Shown here: positions 1 through 12,719 of the stretch, piece after piece
Position numbering within the stretch: the stretch's first letter is position 1
Layout: each line of letters begins with the position of its first letter
Assembly: GCF_006345805.1 (NCBI RefSeq)
Contig: NC_043014.1
Span: 15,872,001-15,936,000, forward strand
Length of the DNA stretch: 64,000 nt
Direction: 5' to 3'
Source of the DNA: Octopus sinensis
Taxonomy: Eukaryota
The notes under the pieces: model-generated
What the model saw: the letters and a program-made list of their open reading frames with translations, nothing else
Told to the model about the DNA's origin: nothing
The model's database searches: none
Made by a program: the position numbers and the translations under genes

Positions 1-62
1 ATAATAACAAAAATGAAGAGCTCTTTCATTTCACTTTAAATTAAGTAAAGAAAAATTCCCAA

Positions 63-134
63 TAATACATGGTGAAGTGGTTAGAATTCTTGGCTTTCAC
101 CCAGGTAACCTGAGTTTGATTTCCAGCATGAGGA
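63..134 (+). pseudogene. Degenerate tRNA-Glu(TTC) copy (pseudogene or tRNA-derived repeat head)
   Basis: ATGGTGAAGTGGTTAGAATTCTTGGCTTTCACCCAGGTAACCTGAGTTTGATTTCCAGCATGAGGA aligns with eukaryotic tRNA-Glu. The anticodon arm CTTGG-CTTTCAC-CCAGG is intact. The B box GTTCGA has become GTTTGA and the acceptor stem is broken. Confidence 0.75.
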
Positions 135-483
135 CATCATACAATTTTTTCTGGTGGGACAATTAAATTAGATATGATCTGGGTCAAAACATTATATGTA
201 TTAGTCCCAGATCACCAGCTTCCAAATACCATGAAATGATATGGGCTGCAGTTCAACAAAGTGAAAGTGGGCCCCTATATTCAGGGATTGCCCTGCATAT
301 GTGTAAAGAAGCTGCTTTCCCATAAATAATTACAAACTAAATATTGGCTTAAATCAAAAGTTAATACCTACATTAGTTGGGCCTTTGCTGTCACCTTTTT
401 TCTTTTAGTTGCGCAGTTGTCATATCAAAAATAACTGGTTATACTGAAAACTAGCCAGAGTTCTGGTTTAAGCACCCCATAAA

Positions 484-1420
484 ATCCCTCATAACTTTCT
501 GTTTTGGGGATTTTTCAGAAATTTTTGCAAATTTGTGTTTTGCATATAGGAATCCATACAATTATACAAAATGAAGTTTTTTTTCAATGTTTTAAAATCT
601 ACCCTGTATCCCATAAATCCCCCAAATTTCCACTCTTCTTCCATTTTTTTTTTTCTTTTAATCAAGAATTTAAAATATGGAGAGTCTAAATTTTTTGCTT
701 AAATCCCAGTAATGGCCCACCTTTGGGTGCAGCATCATTCCATCAAATGTTTATGGGCAGAAAAATATTGAAAAACATCAATACATGTCAGAGTGACAAA
801 GAAATGAGAAAGACATAAGATGGTCGTGAAATGGGCTAAAAACAGCAGCTGAATTGCCCTGAAATCAATTTTTTCCTGTGCATAATCGTATGAAGTCCCG
901 TGTGTAGAATTTTCTGAATTCTCGTGTACAAAAATTTTCTGAAAATTCAAAAAAATTAAATTGGTGGAATTCTTCTTTACGCACGGTATATAACCCTCAT
1001 AACTCATCATTTGATGGGGGGGAATTTTCAGAAATTCTTTACGAATTTATATTCTACACATGGGAATTAACAAGACTATGGGGGGAAAATTGCTTTTAAT
1101 TTTTCGAATTTTCTTATTAAATCACAGTTTAAAATACGGACAGTCAGAATTTTTGGTTTAAATCCCAGCAATAGACCATTTAATGCGTTTATGGGGTGAA
1201 AGATACTGAAAAACATCAACATGTCAGAGTGAAAAACAAACGTACGAGGTGGTCATGAGATGTGCTAAAAATAACAGCTAAATAGCCCTAAATCATGCAG
1301 CAACTTTTTTTTTTGCGATGCGTGGTGTGCATAATGGTATGGGTTCCCATGTATAGAATACAAATACGCAAAAAATTTCTGAAAATTCCAAAAAATTCGG
1401 AATCTGAAATGTTATTCTTT
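484..1420. repeat. Two tandem diverged ~450-500 bp units, each with inverted ends (MITE/foldback-like)
   Basis: Shared blocks: CCCTCATAACT (486/994), TTAAATCCCAG (699/1158), CATGTCAGAGTGA (784/1220), GTGCATAAT (878/1328), TTTCTGAAAATT (936/1376). The TTTTCAGAAA-containing arms recur in alternating orientation. Confidence 0.6.
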
Positions 1421-1903
1421 GCAGCGGTTTTCCACTGCTCAGAGAACGAGAGATTTTACGCTGTCGCTCGACTCGCTAGAAATAGCAGATAAATTTTCAC
1501 CTCGCCACCCTATCATCTTAAAAAAATAATGAAAAAAGAACACCTTGAATAAAGTAGTGCTAGATATACTGAGTAGAAATAAAAGACGGTATGGTCTAAA
1601 CATCATTGTTTTCGTGAAGTCCCATGTCAGCCCTAAGCAAGCAGACGTATGATTCGTGATATTCGAGCCGTGATCATCTCGTCTTATGCTCAAAAAAGTA
1701 TTCTCTGAGTTGCCATTATCCAACTAGTTTTATTTTCAGGCAGAAAGTGTGCTTTGAGGAAGAATTGCTTACTACTTCTAACTTGTCGAGTCATCACGTA
1801 GATGTTTCCTCGTTGAAAATTTAGTATCGATGGCAGCAAGAATTGTTAAACTACTCAGTAATTTTACCATGAAAATTTAACATTCTGTACATTGTTCACT
1901 CAC

Positions 1904-2007
1904 TTTCTGCAGGTGTGTCGGGCAAGCAGAGCTATTGATTTTGTTCGATTAATTATTGACAAAGGCAGAAGCTTTATGAATGACAAAAAAAAATGCTTCA
2001 TTAACAT
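1904..2007 (-). CDS. Putative first coding exon of an unidentified divergent gene (resembles a mitochondrial presequence)
   Basis: The ATG at 2007 opens MLMKHFFLSFIKLLPLSIINRTKSIALLARHTCR, which has no D/E and is K/R/S/L-rich. It ends at a consensus donor GAAA|GTGAGT (phase 2). No downstream exon was found in the window. Confidence 0.45.
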
Positions 2008-2250
2008 AAGAAAATTGAGGCGACCAGCTGTTGTGGACGGCCTTAACTTTTGTTTGTTTCTGATTGGTTAAGATTTCGATATAGTAGCCAATCAAAGAAA
2101 GTATTACAGTTTCAAATCAGTCACACCGCTTTCACAATCTTTCCTTTTCCGGTTAGCTTGTCGTGTTGACAACAAGAAGTCTTCCTTTGTAGATAAGTGA
2201 TCGGGTCCCATCCTCAAGAATAATTCACGCTTTCTCTCAGATCATCGGAC
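2008..2250. promoter_or_regulatory. Compact, probably bidirectional promoter with two oppositely oriented CCAAT boxes
   Basis: ATTGG at 2063-2067 and CCAAT at 2088-2092 (TGATTGG...CCAATCA), a locally CpG-rich context, and a pyrimidine run TCTTTCCTTTTCC at 2138-2150. Confidence 0.55.
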
Positions 2251-2326
2251 ATGGGAAGACTATTAAGAAATTTCTTTCTTTTCCTCTTATTGGTATTACC
2301 ATCAACAATTAACTTCCTGAATACAG
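2251..2326 (+). CDS. SSR1: SSR1 exon 1 (signal peptide MGRLLRNFFLFLLLVLPSTINFLNTG)
   Basis: ATG plus a hydrophobic stretch; donor CAG|GTAAGT; phase 1 matches exon 2. Confidence 0.9.
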
Positions 2327-5300
2327 GTAAGTTCTTTGATAGGAGTTTTAAGCACTAGTTTGGTATTTGTACATACGTGGCATTCTGTGTCTGGGTCGCT
2401 CTTATCACGCCGTACTGTAGCAGAAACAAATACGAAAAGGAGTTTTTTCTTCTTTTTAATGCATGTGTAAAGTAAAGAGTCCTTCACTAAAATGTTTAAA
2501 GCATAACAATAATTAGATTTTGTTTTATTATTCCATTAATTTCCTAAATGATTCATATCCTGTATTTTGCGATGTCGGCACTTTTTCTCGATGTCAACTT
2601 TGGAAGTGGTTACCGCCTTCTGTATAGCAAGCATGGATCATCTCTAAATTTATCATATTTACCGACATACAATTTCTTAATTATTGATTTTCGTTGTTAT
2701 TTATTAATTATATTATACGAAATACCTTTCTATAGTTTCATTTTAATCGAAATTACTGGACAAATGCCGGCCGGTTTCGATATAATAGTGTTCACAATAT
2801 GTCTAGCAGACAGCATTAACTTTCGACTTGTTTAAATTAATTAAATTACAGAGAAGCGTTTCCATTAAAGACGATTCAGTCTTTAATATGTTCTTCTCTG
2901 TTTTGTCTGTCGTTTTGCCACGACCTTCACTTGGTAAACTTTTCTTTGGATCTGGATGGAAACAGAATGTGTTTAATGCCTCAGCAATCCATCCAGATAT
3001 GGCAATTCCCACGAACTTTTCTGTTGGATTCGCACATCACATTGGTGTGCAATAAATATGTTGATCGGTTCTGGTTCTTATGCGAGAAAGACGATAATTT
3101 TGTAGTTTTGTTAACCACATTTTCGGTCATTTAAAAAAAAAATTTAATTTTTAATAAATATAAAAAAAAAAGCTTAGAACAAAGTTATATACGATGCTTC
3201 TTCCAGTTCAGTTCTTTTAATTTTAAATGTAAGTGAATCAAGCTTAATTATAAATACTCGTATTTAGGAATATTTCCCTGATTGTGTGGTGGGAGTGTGT
3301 GGGAGCAGACACATGCCCTAGAAGTTTTGTTTGGTGACTTTACTAAGTCCATTTACTTACACGTAAGCAGAGTGTTCCTTTTGTGCCCCCACCCCTCTCT
3401 CGTTCCCAGTATAAAGTTATTTCTGTTACACTCCTTCTTTTTTAGTATATGCATGTGTTTCTCAGCTGAATATCTAATTTTTTTTTTCCTATTCTAATAT
3501 TTTCTTGGAACTTGACACAATTATTTCATGTTCTGAAAACACCTGCAAACTGGTTCTGGTGGTTTTTAGTTAAGATGTATCGAACGTGTCACATGATTGT
3601 TTCATCTTGTTTCAGACACAATTAGCCTTTTCTTTGACAACACGATGGCGATAGTCCCGTTATATTACAATTAAAGTGATATAGCATGGATATATCAGGA
3701 TTTGTTACGGGAAAACGTATTTAATTTCAGTTACATATTGGATTGAAATAACTGAGAAGGCGGCCATATGGTTGGTTGTTTTACTGTTGATACAGGACAG
3801 ACCTCGATTAGTTTCATATTTTAGTTTTAAACGATAACTGTCTTAGATTTTTAAAACATATTTCCATCGCTATTTGAGACGAATAAGTTGGTTTGCTTCT
3901 GTATAAACTCAGATTTATAGAAAATACAAAGCAATTTTTCGCTTTTAGGAAAGTCTTAAGCAACGAATATTTTCAATAATGAAAGTAAGATTGTGTTCTG
4001 CAGGGAACCAGCATCCTGGGTAACGTTCTCAAATATTCTGTGATTACATTAATAATTGTGAACAAAACATAGTTATCAACTAGCTAAAGGAAATACACAT
4101 TTCTTCATCGCCTTTGATTAAGCTTTGGTGAGGATATGAAGCTCACAGAAGATCCACGAATCTCAGAGATGCATAATTTTTTTAGAATAGCAGTTCCTTT
4201 TATCATTGGTAATAAACAAGCACCTTTCCTGTTTTTTATACCCATTTTGACATGGTATAAACACTTTCATGGCGACTCGGAGGCGAAAAGTGCCCATTAT
4301 TCCATATCTTTAAATTTTTCCTTTCTTTATATTAAAAGAAACTGTATGGAATAGGATTTAATAGAGATTTAACAGCTATTTCTAGCAGCCCGGACAGCCA
4401 CGTACAGTCTCTCTCCAGCTGTGAAAAACATAAACCACTCCACGTTTTCTATATGCAAATTAATATTTTCTTCTGCATGTGGTGGCCCAATTTTGGTGAA
4501 CTTTGTAGTCAATCTACAATATTTGGTTTGTTTATTTTTAGCAATTTGTTTTTCTTTTAAGTGTACAACATTTATCTGGATTATCCAAATATCAAATTTC
4601 AAAAGAAATTATAAGATATTTGTTTACTTCGTTTTTGGTCATATCTGCTCCGTGTATAGACACCATGTCTAACAGTATTTTTGTGGATAGGCGAAGTGAG
4701 ATCAGCTGAGCTAGATATTGGAATTTCATCAGGTGCTGAGTGCCCTCTTAGAAATACACCTTATTAATTCCACTATTGCTAAATCCCAACACAGGACTGA
4801 AACTAGTCCAACCAATCCCTCTTTTTCTAACCACAAAACTATATACATACAGACAAGGTATTTAAATCTGTCTGTACATAAAAATCTGCATTTATATTCT
4901 ATTATACCATTTAGCATTGAAATATAATAGAAAATAAGAGTACTGACAGTACTCTAGCATGGCCACAGTTTTAGAGCTGAATCACATAAAAGAATAAAGA
5001 GAAAAAACATTACAAAATCTGTATATTTAGAGGTGGAAGTAACAAAAGTCATATACTTTTCAGTATTTTGTAAGATTTCTGGATAGTCTTTATAAAATAA
5101 TTTTCTTACATGAACACCCACAACACTTTAATTATATAATAAAGAACAACTATGCTGGTATGGGTAAGGTACAGTAAGGTACAAAATTCTTACATTCTCT
5201 TGATTGTTTCATTTTGTCATTTTATTTCCATGACTATATTATCCTTCTCTCCTTCTCTTTGTAAGATGGTAGCTTCCTGAGCAGATATATTAGTCTTATA

Positions 5301-6266
5301 CAACATTAAACCTAAAGTTAAGTTAGAGCAGCATGGAAAATAATATGGGTTTCAAATTTTAGTACAAGGCCAGTAATTTGTGGGGAGGGAGTAAGTTGAT
5401 TACCTCAACCCCAGTGCTCAACTGGTGTTTATTTTATTGACCCTGAAAGGATGAAAAGCAAAGTTGAAAATGATATTGCAAATAATAATGGTTTCAAATT
5501 TTGGGCACCAGGCCAGCTATTTCGGGGTAGGGGTAAAGTTGATTACATCAACCCCTGTGTTCAACTGATAATTATTTTATCAACCCTGTAAGGATGAAAG
5601 GCAAAGTTGACCTCAGCGGAATTTGAACTCAGAACATAAAGACAGACAAAATGACACTAAGCACCTTATTTGGCATGCTAACAATTCTACCAGCTTACCA
5701 CCTAATATTGCAAATAATAATGACATAAGAATAGTGTAAATTTCATGTCCTTCTTATAGTTGAGGTTTTTCTAACTCCCAGAAAGAAAATCATGGCAATG
5801 CTCTTCATTGTATAAAAGCTAATGTTCATATGACTCTTTGATCCACCTGCTGTGCTTACCTTGGATCGTAGGGTGACCTGCTGTGCTTGAGGAGACCTAT
5901 TGAGTCAAGTACATCAAAATAAAAATCAAATGGAAACTGTAGTTGTGATACCCGTGCCGGTGGCATGTAAAAGGCACCATCCGAATGTGGCCATTGCCAG
6001 CACCGCCTTGACTGGCATCCGTGCCGATGGCATGTAAAAAGCACCAACCGATCGTGGCTGTTGCCAGCCTCCTCTGGCCCCTGTGCCAATGACACATAAA
6101 AAGCACCCACTACACTCACAGAATGGTTGGTGTTAGGAAGGGCATCCAGCTGTAGAAACACTGCCAGATCAGACTGGAGCTTGGTGTAGCCTCCTGGCTT
6201 CTCAGACCCTGGTCGAACTGTCCAACCCATGCTAGCATGGAAAACGGACGTTAAACGATGATGATG

Positions 6267-6299
<33 letters not shown>

Positions 6300-9200
6300 T
6301 ACATATATACAATATGGAGCTACAATAGATGGCATGAGGTTCTCTGGGTATCCCTGTTGTTAAGTGGGGACAGGTAAAATTTGTGGAGGATGTGTGTCTT
6401 ATGGCAGTTGATGCTGTGTTAGTTGGATAACTGAAAGCTGAAGGATGCTCAAATAGATAAGCTCCTTTTGCTGACAAATTTTTCATGCTAATTTTCTTCA
6501 TAAAGATTGAACTCTATATTGAATAATTTTTTCTTTTCTTTTTTTTATATAAAATATGTGCAAAATATACAGTAGTAGTCACCTATTGTGATCACTTTAT
6601 GACAGTCTTTTATTATCAATGATTAGCTTACATTAAGTAAAAGATATAACAATCTCTTTCCCTGAACGACTTAAGTAACCATGTATCTCCTCTAAAGCAA
6701 AACACCTGTTTTTGTCTCTATCATAGTTTAACTTCTTATCTCCTAGCATGAAGCCACCTCCTTCCATACAACTCCCCCTCTCAGTTGAGGGATCTTTGTC
6801 TTGCAAGTTATTTGGTCATCTTGCCAGTGCTGGTGCCATGTAAAAAGTGTCCTGTACATTCTGTAAAGTGGTTGGCATTGGGGAGAGCATCCAGCTATAG
6901 AAACCATGCCAACACAGACAGTAGAGCTTGGTGCAATCCTTTGGCTTGCCACTTCTTGTCAAACTGTCCATGCCAGCATGGAAGGAGGATGTTAAATGAT
7001 GAGAATGAAGAGGAGAAGTATTAAGCCTCACTAATTTTGATGATTATTATTGTGTTTTTATAATAAGTAACTGCCAGTGTATCAATTAAAAGTCACTTCA
7101 GTTGTTTTGTTGCTCTGGGTCAGCTTTAACCAAACAAACCTATCACATGCAAGTAGTAAGCCAAATGACTAGGCACACTTCACAGATCTGTTATACTAAA
7201 CATACCATGTCCTTGCCCCAGCTAAACATGCAGTGATTGTTGGTCTGTATTGGGCTCAGTGTGACCATGTTGTATTCTCTGTCCTGCCTACATTTTTACA
7301 CACACACACTCCCAAGGACACCTGCAATTAGTTGGGCTGTTATAAGGTATAATAGGAATTTAGGTTATATTTTAAGGAGACTACTTGACCTAATCAGACC
7401 AGTAGAACAAGCAGCCAGACAATAAAAATTATGGATCATCACTCATGGTTTACTAAAACTAGTTGTTAAGTTTTTATAACTTAGCAGCATAATTAGTGCT
7501 AGGAGTGGCCAGCGATGGAGTGAAGTAGGTGGAAGAGATTTAGGAAACTGGTTAGTAAAAAGAGATATGTGGTGAAGAGTGAAGTCATATGCAGTGTTCT
7601 TCTGAAATGTGTTGTATGATAATGGAAGATGAGCAATGAAAATAGGATTTGATGTAACTAGAGTGGAGAATTAAGAATTAAGGAGAAAGTGGCTATTATT
7701 AGAAACATTTATGTGATGCATATAGACGAGGACAGCTTAGTAAAGAAGTACTGATCTCTAACTGCAGAGGGAACCTGTGGGTGGAAGAATGAGGCAGTGA
7801 AATATGATCTTCGGATGTTGAGTTTCACAGAGATGATGACAAGTGACCAAGACTTACTGTGCTTAGGACACATCAAGTTAAGTGAAATCACAGTCATGAC
7901 CAGTGATATGTGAGAGACACTAATGCCAGTGACATGTGGGAGGTACCCATGCTGGTGACACATAAAAGGCACCTGTGTCAGTGGCACATAAGACACCCTG
8001 TGGAATGGTTGGTATTAGGAAGGGCTTGCCAGCTCCAGTCAAAGCATCTTACCCATACCAGCATGGAAAACGGACACTAAATGATGATAATTTACTTTAA
8101 TGTATGTGAGGGAGAACTGCAAGTGTTTGGCTATGTAATTCTCCTTATCAAGTCTAGTTTAAATTCTGGTAAATTTTGTTGAACCAAAGCTAGAAAACAT
8201 TTCTTTGATTCTTCATTGTACTTTATAAGGTCAATATACATGCATGTTTCTTGCATTAGTGAATATCTCCACATGTTTTGAAAAAAAAAAAAAACGTTTT
8301 TCATCTGTTGTACCCTTGACCTTCTTCAAATTGTATTTAGTAATGTTCTCAGAATTTGGAACCCTTTGTTAAATCTATGTGAGCAGATTGTTCTCAATTT
8401 GTTGTCTATACTAAGGATATTCACCTTATTAGTTATTCTATAAAGCTTGACTGACCCACTAGCTAAGTATATATAGCTTGACTGATCCACTAACTAAACG
8501 ACTACACTTGACATGTAACACTATATTTACTCAAGTAACACTATTTTATACTTGATTTTAACTGCAAAAACTGGGGTGCAGCTTATACACAGGGCAAAGC
8601 TAAAACAATGAAGGGGGAAAAATTTTGTACCAAGATTTAAAATTAGAGTTGTGATTTATACATGAGTAGATATGGTTATTATTGCTGAGATAGTGAATAT
8701 AAGCATTAAGTGTAGTAGTTTAGCTGGTGAGTATGAGTTCAGTCTCTGGGTTAGTCAATCTACATACATTGAGGTTCAGACAAAATACTACAGGTTGTAT
8801 CACAAGTACTAGAATAATACAGAGAATATCCCTACTGTTCACAATGAAATGAGTACAATCTATTCTTGTGGATTTAAGAAATGGTTTCTTCCAAATTCCG
8901 AGAATATTACCAAACTCAGTACAAAGAAGTCCAAAAGGTATAACAGCCAGAACATGATGCTAACAACCAAGATGAAGATGTTAGACCAAATAAATCAGTG
9001 TAATGATATTTCCTTATCTCAGAAATTTAGACAAAATTTGTAAAAACATCTATGTGTATATAAATATTAACCAACTAAAATTTGTTTTCTATAAGATACA
9101 AGATGATGATTTATTTTCAAATGCAGAAACGTCGTTAGAACAGCAGAACTGCTGTTCTAACAGTGTTTCTGCATTTGAAAATAAATTATTATCGTATTTG

Positions 9201-12200
9201 TATCTTGTGAAAACATGTTAGTATTTCAGAAGTGTATATACCAAACAAATATGATTTGATCTGAGATTGTGTGTTGAAACTAAAACAATTATAATATGAA
9301 AAATACATATTAGCCATTTGAAAACAAAAGCTGTTTACTAAACTTAAACGTTATTAATTTGACGTCAACATTTTTGTTGCACAACTGCAGCTTGGTCACT
9401 GATGCAGTTCCACTGAATCTATCAGTATGCCAGTGTGTAAAATCTTTTTCCCTACATAGGTATTTTCTGAAATTCTGTAGGTAAATGGCAAAGTACAGCC
9501 CTAATTTATATACTGGTATAGTTCTTCAGTGGCTTTCTCTCCTCCTCCTCTTATTCCTAATGGACTTTGTATTGCACCAATCTACATACAACAATACAAT
9601 AACTCCCTGTGTGATGTTGAACAATGTTATTTTACATCTAGCGATACAAAAGGCTAAAATCCAAGGAAATGAGTGATTGTATGAACAAAAAACAGTTGTG
9701 TTTAATATAATAATAGTTTCTCAGACTATTAATGTCAGTGTTAGAAATGAAACTTATTTTTATTTGCCTCTTCACTGTATTTCAATCATGAATTACTGAT
9801 GTAAATATTAAAATGTCTTCATCTCTTAAAGTTGAAGTTAATGGTCCAAAATGTATAAATAGTTTGAACAATAACTCATCTCAGGAATGACATTTAATGC
9901 ATATAATCAAGAAAATAACTGTACCAATCTTAGCTTATTTTACAAATTTAATGTGTTTTGCTGACCCATCTGCTCATGGTCTGAAGGGAAATAGATAAGA
10001 TAAACCTAAGGCCTAGCATGCATGTATCATACCATTTATTTATATAATGAATAAATTGTATTTATAGAGTCTTTACAAGTTAATTAGCTCTTCTGTAATC
10101 TAATATTTCTTTCAGATGTGAAACATAAAACTTTTGACTAACAAGCTACTGTTTGGGAGTCAGTGTATGTGTTTCAGAGTGTTAAATTATATATAAAGCA
10201 CCTCCCTATTGGGTTTCTCTAATAGAAAGGGTTAAATTTAGAACCCTTCTTCCAGGAATAGCTTCAGTGAATGATATTGTAAAGCTTCCAGTACAAGTAT
10301 AGCTCTAAGGCATTTGGCAGAGTGTATACAACATCTTGTCAGTAGAATAAACAAAGTGACTTTTTTTTTTTTTTTTTTTTCCCCCATGGCTAGCAATATG
10401 AAAGCTAAATTTAACCATTGGTATCAGTACAGCCACAAGTGCTAATTTATTGTATAAAGCTTTTGGAAGAAGAATATTTGAAAATGAGGAATAAATTGCA
10501 TATAGAAACAGTAATACTTTTGTACCAATCTGTAGATTAAGACTGGGAATTCAGTTTCTAATCTCAGTGCAAGGTCAGAAATTAGAGGAAAGGTTGCACA
10601 GATTTATCATCCTTGGTGAAAATCTAGTTATAATGAAGAAACTTCTTTGGAAACTGCATTATCTTTTAACTTGTTTCAGTCATTAGACTGCAGCTGTCCT
10701 GGGATATTGCCTTGAAGGGTTTTACTTAAACAAATCAACCCTAGTACTTTTTTCCTGTTTTGTTAAGCCTGGTACTTTAATTTATCAATCTCTAAGTTAT
10801 GGGGACATAAACAAACCAACACCAGTTGTCAAAGACGCACATATTTTACATGATGGGCTTCTTTCAGTTTCCATCACAAAGCTTTGATTGACCCAGGGCT
10901 ATAGTAGCAGATACTTACTCAAAATGCCATGCAGTAGGACTGAACCCAAAACCATGTGGTTGAGAAGCAAGCTTCTTACCACACAGCCACACTTGCACCT
11001 ATATCAGTATTTCAATTTTACTTGCACCCTCACCAGATTTAGTGTAAGGTCTCACTTCCTAATACCTATAGAGCAAAATTAAATTTGTCTTTATTTTTGA
11101 AATTATCAGTTTTTTGTCCATAGATATCATCAATCCACATAATTTATAAATTTATTGTCAGTGGATTTGATATAAAGACACTAAAAAAAGCCCACTATAT
11201 GTACATGTGTGTGTGTGTGTGTATGCTTGTGTTTCCTTGTCTTTACATCGTGTGATAGCTGTAAATGAGTGACACTGTCATACAAGCAGCCATTCATTTC
11301 AGATATTCTGCCACAGCATTATCTTGCTTGGAAACAGATGAAAGGTGACAACAGGGAGGGCATCTGGGTGTTGAGAATTACTCCAATAAACTCTGATTCA
11401 TGTAAGTATGGAAAAGTGAGCATTATGACACACGCACACACACATGCATTATATATATATCAGGTCATTAAGAATGAAAGGTCTGATTTTCTTATGCACC
11501 AAATTTGACAGTCGTTAACTCTAATGTTTTAACCTGACAATTCTTTGTTTTACAATGCTGAAGGGTTACATCATCACTTTTCGAAATGCAATTAATGGTG
11601 TCTGATTATATTGTGGGTTTTCTCTTGTAAATCAATTTTTGTGAATCTATGGATAAATCAAAAATTTGTATTGCTTATGAATATGAGTTCCATCATGGAA
11701 CCAATACATCCCAGACAGCTCGAAACATCAATGACGGAGATGTGAATAAGTGCACTGTATGTCGATGGTTTGAGAAGTTCCAGTCTGGTGTCTTTACTCT
11801 TGAAAATTAGCCCTATGGTAGATGTGAGACCAAGGTGGATAATGATGAGCTGGAAACTGTCATGGAAGTGGATACATCTCAAACTATGCGTGAGTTAGCA
11901 GCAAGGTTTGATGTTTCGATTCCAACTGTATTGGACCATCTGAAAGAAATCGTTATGATAAAGAAGCTGGACAAGTTAGTACCACACAAACTGAATGAGC
12001 ATCAAATTACATGTTATCTTGAAACCTACTATTTCACATCATATTGTTACATGTGATGAATATTGGATTCTTTTCAACAATGGCAAGCGTTTTGCATAGT
12101 GTTTGAATAGACAAGTTGCCAAAACACAATCCAAAGAAAGCCAGTGATGTCCATTTGGTGGTCCAGCAGATGTATAGATCAACCAGTTGGATGAAATGAT

Positions 12201-12686
12201 GAGCGGACCTGTAATTAAACAACCATGATTGGTTAATAGAGACAGGCCAATTCTCTTGTAAGATAATGCTTGACCATTTATTGCACAAAGAACGCTACTC
12301 AAATTACTGGAACTGAACTTGGAAGTACTCTGTCATCCACCATATTCACCAGACCTTGCATCAACTGACTGTCACATTTTTCAGGCAAAATTGTGTTGAT
12401 AATTTAGGTGTATACTTTGATTAACATCATTGCTTTTTGTTGAGATAAAGTAAAATAAACTTTCGGTTCAGAAATTTCATTCTTAATGACCTGATATATA
12501 TATATATATATATATAGATAGATAGATAGATCCAGTTATTGGACTGCAGCCATGCTGGGGTATCATCTTGAAGGGTTTAATTGATTAAATGATCCCAGTA
12601 CTTTTTTTTTTTAAGCCGAATACGTATTCCATCAATCTCTTTTTGATGAACCACTTAGTTGCAGGAACAAATTTAAATACTCACAA

Positions 12687-12719
<33 letters not shown>

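Noticed and set aside
2224-2240. Acceptor-like TTCACGCTTTCTCTCAG just before the SSR1 ATG (possible 5' UTR intron)
   Set aside because: There is no convincing donor upstream, and little room given the CCAAT boxes and the divergent exon.
2803-3134. Overlapping ORFs and an 11-bp stem (2950-2998) in the CpG-rich start of SSR1 intron 1
   Set aside because: There is no recognisable homology or splice support, and the short stem with a 27-nt loop is weak evidence.
5856-6335. 159-aa ORF and similar ones (36119-36592, 38092-38583, 46600-47016, 47889-48287) sharing LQLDALPNANH/FYVPP phrases
   Set aside because: The shared peptides come from translating copies of the same retroposon tail, not from a gene family.
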